Shown: positions 58,934 through 64,000 of the stretch, one piece after another
How positions within the stretch are numbered: the first letter of the stretch is position 1
Layout of the letters: every line of letters starts with the position of its first letter
Assembly (NCBI GenBank): GCA_000002435.2
Contig: CM018793.1
DNA length: 64,000 nucleotides
Direction: 5' to 3' (one strand)
DNA from: Giardia intestinalis
Taxonomy: Eukaryota
The notes under the pieces: model-generated
Told to the model about the DNA's origin: nothing
The model's database searches: none
What the model saw: the letters and a program-made list of their open reading frames with translations, nothing else
Position numbers and translations under genes: made by a program

Positions 58934-61900
58934 AGGGGCGGTTTACTACGTAATATGCGCGCAAGGCGGTAAGGACATTGGAGGGGAGGCAGCCTCACGA
59001 CGGAGGGGAAGGGCCCGCCCGGGGCGCCCAGCCCCCGTGCCCGCGTGGTCTCGCGGCGGGGGCGCGGCCAGGGGGGCCTTCTCCCCAGCTCCAGGGGTAT
59101 GCTCCTGTGCGCGGGGGCGCGCGGGTCACGGCCAGGGGGGCCAGGCGCTGCAGGCTGTGTGTTAGTGGATCCGCGGAGAGGGCGGCCTGCGGTGTTAGGG
59201 CATAGCGGCATGCAGACATACAGGCCCGAGGGAGGCGTGCCATGTGAGGGGGAGTGGTAGGGGGGCATCCTGGAGGATCGATGGCGAAGGTGCCGATCCT
59301 CCTCCGTGGCGGCGCAGGAGTCCTGGATGAGACGTGATGGCGTGGGTGCTTGGCCTTTGCTCGAGCGCATGGTGTGGGTGGACCGATTCCCCGCATCCTC
59401 CAGGCCCTGCGGGGGCGGTCTTCAGGCCCAAATTCTGGATTTTGGAAAAAATAAAATCCACCATGAGCGTCGCCCCGGCGCAACCAGCAGGCCCTGGGCC
59501 GCGGAAACAAAGAGACAAATAGCCCGTGGACCAAGAAGAGTGCAGGCCTGTTTGGGGGGTAGAAGACGACGCGTCGGGCCAGAAACCCAGGGATCCAGGA
59601 TTCCAGTCAAAGGCAGGCCTACAGACCGGCCCACTGCACCGCGCACATACGCGAGGCACCATAATGCTGTTGCACTAAAAAGGGAAGCGCGAGCCCAGAG
59701 AACCGGCGAGGAAACAGCTTGGGGGTGGAGGGGTTTGGGGAGCCCAAATTCTGGCCCATCGACACACGGGGTGAGCTGTGGCCGGCCCAAGGGGACAGCG
59801 TGGACAGGTGTGTGCAGTGCCCCATATAAGGATGCACGATGGGGATCGGCCGGGGCCACCGATTCGGGGGACAAGGGAGACGCGTCCGGACTGTCCCCGG
59901 GAGTCCGTGAGAAGGGAGGGTGCGGACCGTGCGCCATAGCTAGCCCATCCACACGTGTCGTGCTATTCCAGAATGGTGGCTCACCGGAGGCGTCTGGCCA
60001 AGATGGCGGGGGCAGCGGGGCGGTGGTCCCATACGGCCCAGGAGGCCGACAGAAGGTCACGCCTGAGAGAGCAGACTGACGGCTTAGGAGGTGGTGTGGG
60101 GAGGCACGGGTGATGGAGGAGGCCCCCTAAGGGCGGGTCCAGGCTGATGACGCCAGCTCAGGACAGACCGGCAGAGCGCCGTGGAGCCATATTCTTCTGT
60201 GCGTGCCAGTCCCATCTGTGACAAGCAACCCATGTGGTGCCAGCGCTGGTGGGAGGCATGTGGCCCAGGTATGGAGCGAAACCTGGGGGCCCGGCCGGGA
60301 CTGTCAACAGCCGTCACCGCGACTCAGCGGAGACCGAGCAGGAGAGGTAGAGAGGAGCAGGGGAGAATGGGCCAGGCAAACACAGGCGCATGAGGGATGG
60401 CCCATTGGAGGGCAAGCACCTGGAGGCCAGGGCCAGAGTGACCAGGTTCCCTGTACCGGGGCGCCCAGAGTGGGTACATGAGGGGGGGCAGTGGGGAAGC
60501 GATGCACCCGAGGGCTCAGTAGCACATAGCACCCGGCCATCCTCTCCAGGGGGCACCGGGGCGCTGCAGCAGAGGATGGCCCGAGCCAGGGCTGTGCCGC
60601 CCCGGACCGGAGGCGGCCACTGGCGGGCAGTTCCATGGGGGGATCAGCACGGCGCGGTGCGATGGTACGAATGACACACGGGGCTAGCCTCTTCCCCCAG
60701 CACCAGCTCGCCAGACTCAGCACCCAAGGACCGCCGCTGCCCGGGAGGACAGACAGACGAACACCGGGCTGCGGCGTGGGCAGATGACGAGTCCCATCGA
60801 GGAAGTGCCCAAACGTAGGCAGGGCGGGTGTCTGGCCATCCAGGGGGGCGTCCGGCCTGGCCCGGCCTGGTCGAGTGTGTATGGCATCGCGGCTAGGCAT
60901 CTATCGCACCGTGTCTGGACGTGATGCACACCCGAATGATAGGGGCAAGAGGCCTCGGGTGCGAGCGAGGAGTACCAGGGGAGACAGCTCGGCACGCAGG
61001 CCCAGGGGTCCGTTCGCGCTGTGGGGCAGCCGACAGCGGGCAGGGTGCCCAAGCATGACCACTAGCGCCCCGTGTCGATGCGTTTGAAGGGGTAGAAGCC
61101 ATCAGGGGCATGCGGCTTGGGAGGACCGACGCGCTTGAAGAAGGACGGCAGGGCCTTGTGCACCGGCTCGGGTGCTCCTGCATCGTCGGGGCTGTCGTCA
61201 TCCAGTGGAGGCGGGGAGGGGGCCCTTGAGCACATGAAGGGGTCTGGGCGTTCGTTTGCATCCGGCTGTGCGGGGTGATCGGTGCCCCAGGTGATCGAGG
61301 AGGAGACCTCAGCAGGACCCCAGGGAGGAGGGACTGCCGCATCAGGATGCTGGCTGAGATCGGCCATGATCTCTACGGAGGGCGACGTGCCAGGGCTCCA
61401 CATGGCAGGGGTGAGGGGAGTAGGAGGAGTAGCCCGAGCCTCGTTGGGAGCCGGTTCCGGCAGGGATACTGCAGGGGCGGGGCGGTGCACCGGCCTCTCC
61501 ACTCGCAGCCCAGCGTACAGGAGGGCCGACAGCCTGTAGTGCCAGAGGATGACCTGCGCCGCCTCCTGCATGAAGCGCGCAAGGTCCACGCCGGCGAACG
61601 CGAGTCCGGCCGCAGACAGGTGGTGCAGGACGCCGTCAGCACCGACCACGACGGGGAGGATGTGGGCCGCCCGCCCCTGGAGCACGAGGGGGCGATACTT
61701 GGCGGCCTTCAGGGCATAGGACCGCTCCAGCCTCCACGGGACAGTGACCACCAAGTCCCCGAAGCCCCCACCGATGACAAGGTCAGGCTGGAGGTGATCC
61801 ACTGGGATCGTGGGATTGCGCACAACAGACCCAGCGCGACCGCGGGAGCACGCGAGCAGGGCGTCCAGAATCTTGTCGTGCCGCGCCACGTGAATCCCGT

Positions 61901-64000
61901 TAATGGCCTTGCACACCAGATGGTGCCTGGGAAGGAAGGGCTGCTTGCAGTGGCAGCACGTGCCCATCGGCCGGCCCCGCTGGTACCTCCCCGCCAAGCA
62001 GTCCCCTATGAACAGGACCTGCGTGTTGTCCAGGGGTGCGCAGCCCAGCAATGCGAGCGGCAGGAAGGATCGGAGCGCGGCCGTGTCCTGCAGGCGCTTC
62101 TTCCTCAGCTCGCGGAAGACGCCCGCCTTCATGTCCTGGCGCTGCCTGTGCATCTCGTCGTAGTAGTGATGGGGCAGCACCAGTCCGAGGCCGTACTTCG
62201 CGCGGGGCGTCAGAGCAAGGGTCTTCGCAAGGGGTTCGGGGATCTCCAGAAGGGTCGCGACCTCCTCCACTATCTGCGCATCGACGTCGGCATAGGGGGA
62301 CGGGCCCGGGTAGTCGTCAACAAGGGGTCCATAGTTAACTGCAGGGACGACGCAGGCAGACAGGAGCCTGAGGCGGTCGTGGAGTGAGAGACCCGAAGCA
62401 CGGAGGACGGCGAGATGCTCGTGGAGCCGGCGGGCCGATGTCTGCGCGAGGTTGAAGGAGGAGTGCTTGAGCACGCGGGTGCCCATGAAGGAGATCGCCC
62501 CGGCCTGGGTCGAGGAGCACTTCGAGAGCTCGACCGTGAGCCCTATGCGGGAGAGGGCAGACTGCGCGTCACTCTTCACGGTATCTATGGGAATCGCCTC
62601 CTCTGACGCAATGACGAGGTCGTCGGCGTATGCAACGACCTTGTACTGGCCGAGGTACGTCTCCACCGGCCAGACAAGGCTCTGGCAGAACATCGCCATG
62701 GACAGCGGGTCCCCCTGTGGCACGCCCGCTGGGACCGCGGGGAGGTCCGAGGAGTGCCGAGCCGCGAGGAACGACTCAATGTACGCGACGGTCGGCTGGA
62801 CCACCCCTGCCCGGCGGAGCGCAAAGAGGATGACGGAATGCGGGACGCTGTTGAAGGCATTCCGCACATCCACGTGAGCAGGTGGTGTGTCCTCTTCAGC
62901 TCCTCGGCCGCGCGGATCGCCTTCATCTGGGCGAGGTGCTCAAGGCCAGCTGCCACGCCGGGAGCTTGCGGAGCGCGGGAGTCCGACGCAGGAGCAAGCG
63001 GTGGAAGGCGACCAGAAGCGTCTCCTGCACTGCGATAGGGCGCCATCGGCCGCCAGACTTGGGCAGAAGCTTCAGCCTGAACTCGCACAGGGGCTGGAGC
63101 TGGGCCCAGTTCCTGCTGGAGAAGAGGGTCGTCAGGACAGAGGTGAAGAGCTCCGCAGCCCCGGCGGCCCCACAAGGTGCAGGAGGTGAGGCTTCCCCAG
63201 CCCAGAGGGTCCGGCCGCGACAGGCCTCATCGCCTGCAGCTCCTTCAGCAGCGCCTTGGCCGTTATCTTGGGCGACGGGCCGAGCACGTGATGGACGGGG
63301 GGCAGAGAGACAGGCATGGGGCGCGGGTGGAGCTCATGGACAATCGCTTCCCGCTCCTTGCCTGGGCTCGGGGACCCTGGCGGCAGAGGACGTCTCGCTC
63401 AACAGCGCCTGCCATGCCCGGCCGAGCAGCCCCTTCCGGAGAAGCGACTGCGCCGGGGGAGCCGTCCAGAGCCTCCATGCGGCGGCACGTCGAGAGGAAG
63501 CGCGCTAGGGCCTCTACAGGAGGAAGGCGCCCCGCCATCTCTGTGAATACGTCAGTGAGGAGGCGAAGCAGCTCAGGGGACGGGCTGCCACTAGGCACCC
63601 CGATGCGCTCGGGGACTGTGGCGTCGAGCGGGAGGTAGTGGCCGAGCCTGGCGATATGGGCCTTCAGCCCCTCTCCGTTTTGTATCGGGCCCGGCACATG
63701 CTGCATGCATACGGGAACACAGGGGCCGGCGTTGCGAGGGAGAGGGCTCGGCGGCTGCAGGTGGAGGGGCAGACCCCGACAGCGGAGAAGGGCTGCGCGA
63801 CGGAGAAGGTGAACCGGGAGGCGGATGGTGCATCCCGATGTGGACATCGATCGCCGCAGAGTCAGGCAGCACCTCTCCGCAGCGCTCGCAGACACCGACG
63901 ACGGCCCATACGACCTGGGCCACGACAACTCACCCGTCCATCACCGGACGACAGGAGGCCCGGGCGGAAGACCTGCTGCTGCCCTGGGGCGGCCGTACGA
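58934..64000 (-). mobile_element. Second tandem copy (copy B) of the same retrotransposon. Its 5' end runs off the window. The 3' half is above 99% identical to copy A; the 5' half carries indels.
   Basis: ORF-track entries 58978-62873 duplicate those at 53502-57400 with a 5,476-bp offset. The copy ends in a poly(A) (T16 on the plus strand, 58918-58933) that directly abuts copy A. Confidence 0.8.
61062..63928 (-). pseudogene. RT/REL-endo ORF of copy B, interrupted by several single-base deletions.
   Basis: The 603-aa C-terminal part is identical to copy A. Upstream of 62873 the frame is broken at least four times, each a 1-nt loss in a homopolymer run (ccaccgtg to ccacgtg, caaaggc to caaggc, acaaagg to acaagg, gccctgggg to gcctggg). 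Confidence 0.6.

Larger units (their letters stand above)
53451..64000 (-). repeat. Head-to-tail tandem array of the retrotransposon (at least 1.9 units, period about 5,476-5,483 bp).
   Basis: Long stretches are exactly duplicated at constant offset. The array continues beyond the window end. Confidence 0.9.

Noticed and set aside
14-63928. Gene starts as given by the ORF track.
   Set aside because: Several track ORFs begin at TTG, GTG or CTG rendered as M (e.g. 14, 7100, 9842, 12225, 15106, 18426, 26513, 32861, 47925, 53502). I moved the starts to the first in-frame ATG. An N-terminal extension from a non-ATG start cannot be excluded but is not supported.
1-64000. Prokaryote-style features (CRISPR arrays, operons with RBS, tRNA clusters).
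   Set aside because: The gene content and organisation are eukaryotic (giardins, Nek-ankyrin, RING, importin, SM protein, RNA polymerase AC40). I saw no short direct-repeat/spacer arrays and no tRNA-like TΨC-arm motifs (GTTCGAATC) on scanning.

Overview
This window reads as a compact, intron-poor protist chromosome arm, most consistent with a Giardia-like diplomonad. The evidence is two alpha-giardin (annexin-like) genes, an alpha-SNAP, a Nek kinase fused to ankyrin repeats, an ankyrin-repeat RING protein, very short AT-rich intergenic spacers, and AGTRAAY-type polyadenylation signals overlapping stop codons. About 26 protein-coding genes lie between 1 and 53,450. Positions 53,451-64,000 are a head-to-tail tandem array (period about 5.48 kb) of a GC-rich non-LTR retrotransposon on the minus strand. 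Each unit has a single ORF with C2H2 fingers, a reverse transcriptase (YADD motif), a CCHC knuckle and a C-terminal REL-endonuclease-like domain, followed by a 2.1-kb 3' UTR and a poly(A) tail. This matches the telomeric GilM/GilT type of Giardia. The array abuts an ABCA-type ABC transporter gene that is cut off after the Walker B motif of its second nucleotide-binding domain, which looks like a healed chromosome break; the junction reads TAGGGTAG, like the Giardia telomere repeat. The last 20 kb before the array are gene-poor in two stretches: a 3.4-kb GC-rich island holding a single, extremely GC3-biased ORF, and a 2.2-kb stretch holding a frameshifted cysteine-rich EGF/VSP-like fragment. 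This fits a subtelomeric position. Other notable genes are an LtaS/EptA-like membrane phosphotransferase with a predicted Thr nucleophile, a Nek with three dead catalytic motifs, and a protein with Atg14/UVRAG-like architecture. The ORF track used TTG/GTG/CTG as start codons, so I re-set several gene starts to the first in-frame ATG. All functional calls come from motif recognition by eye; no database searches were run.
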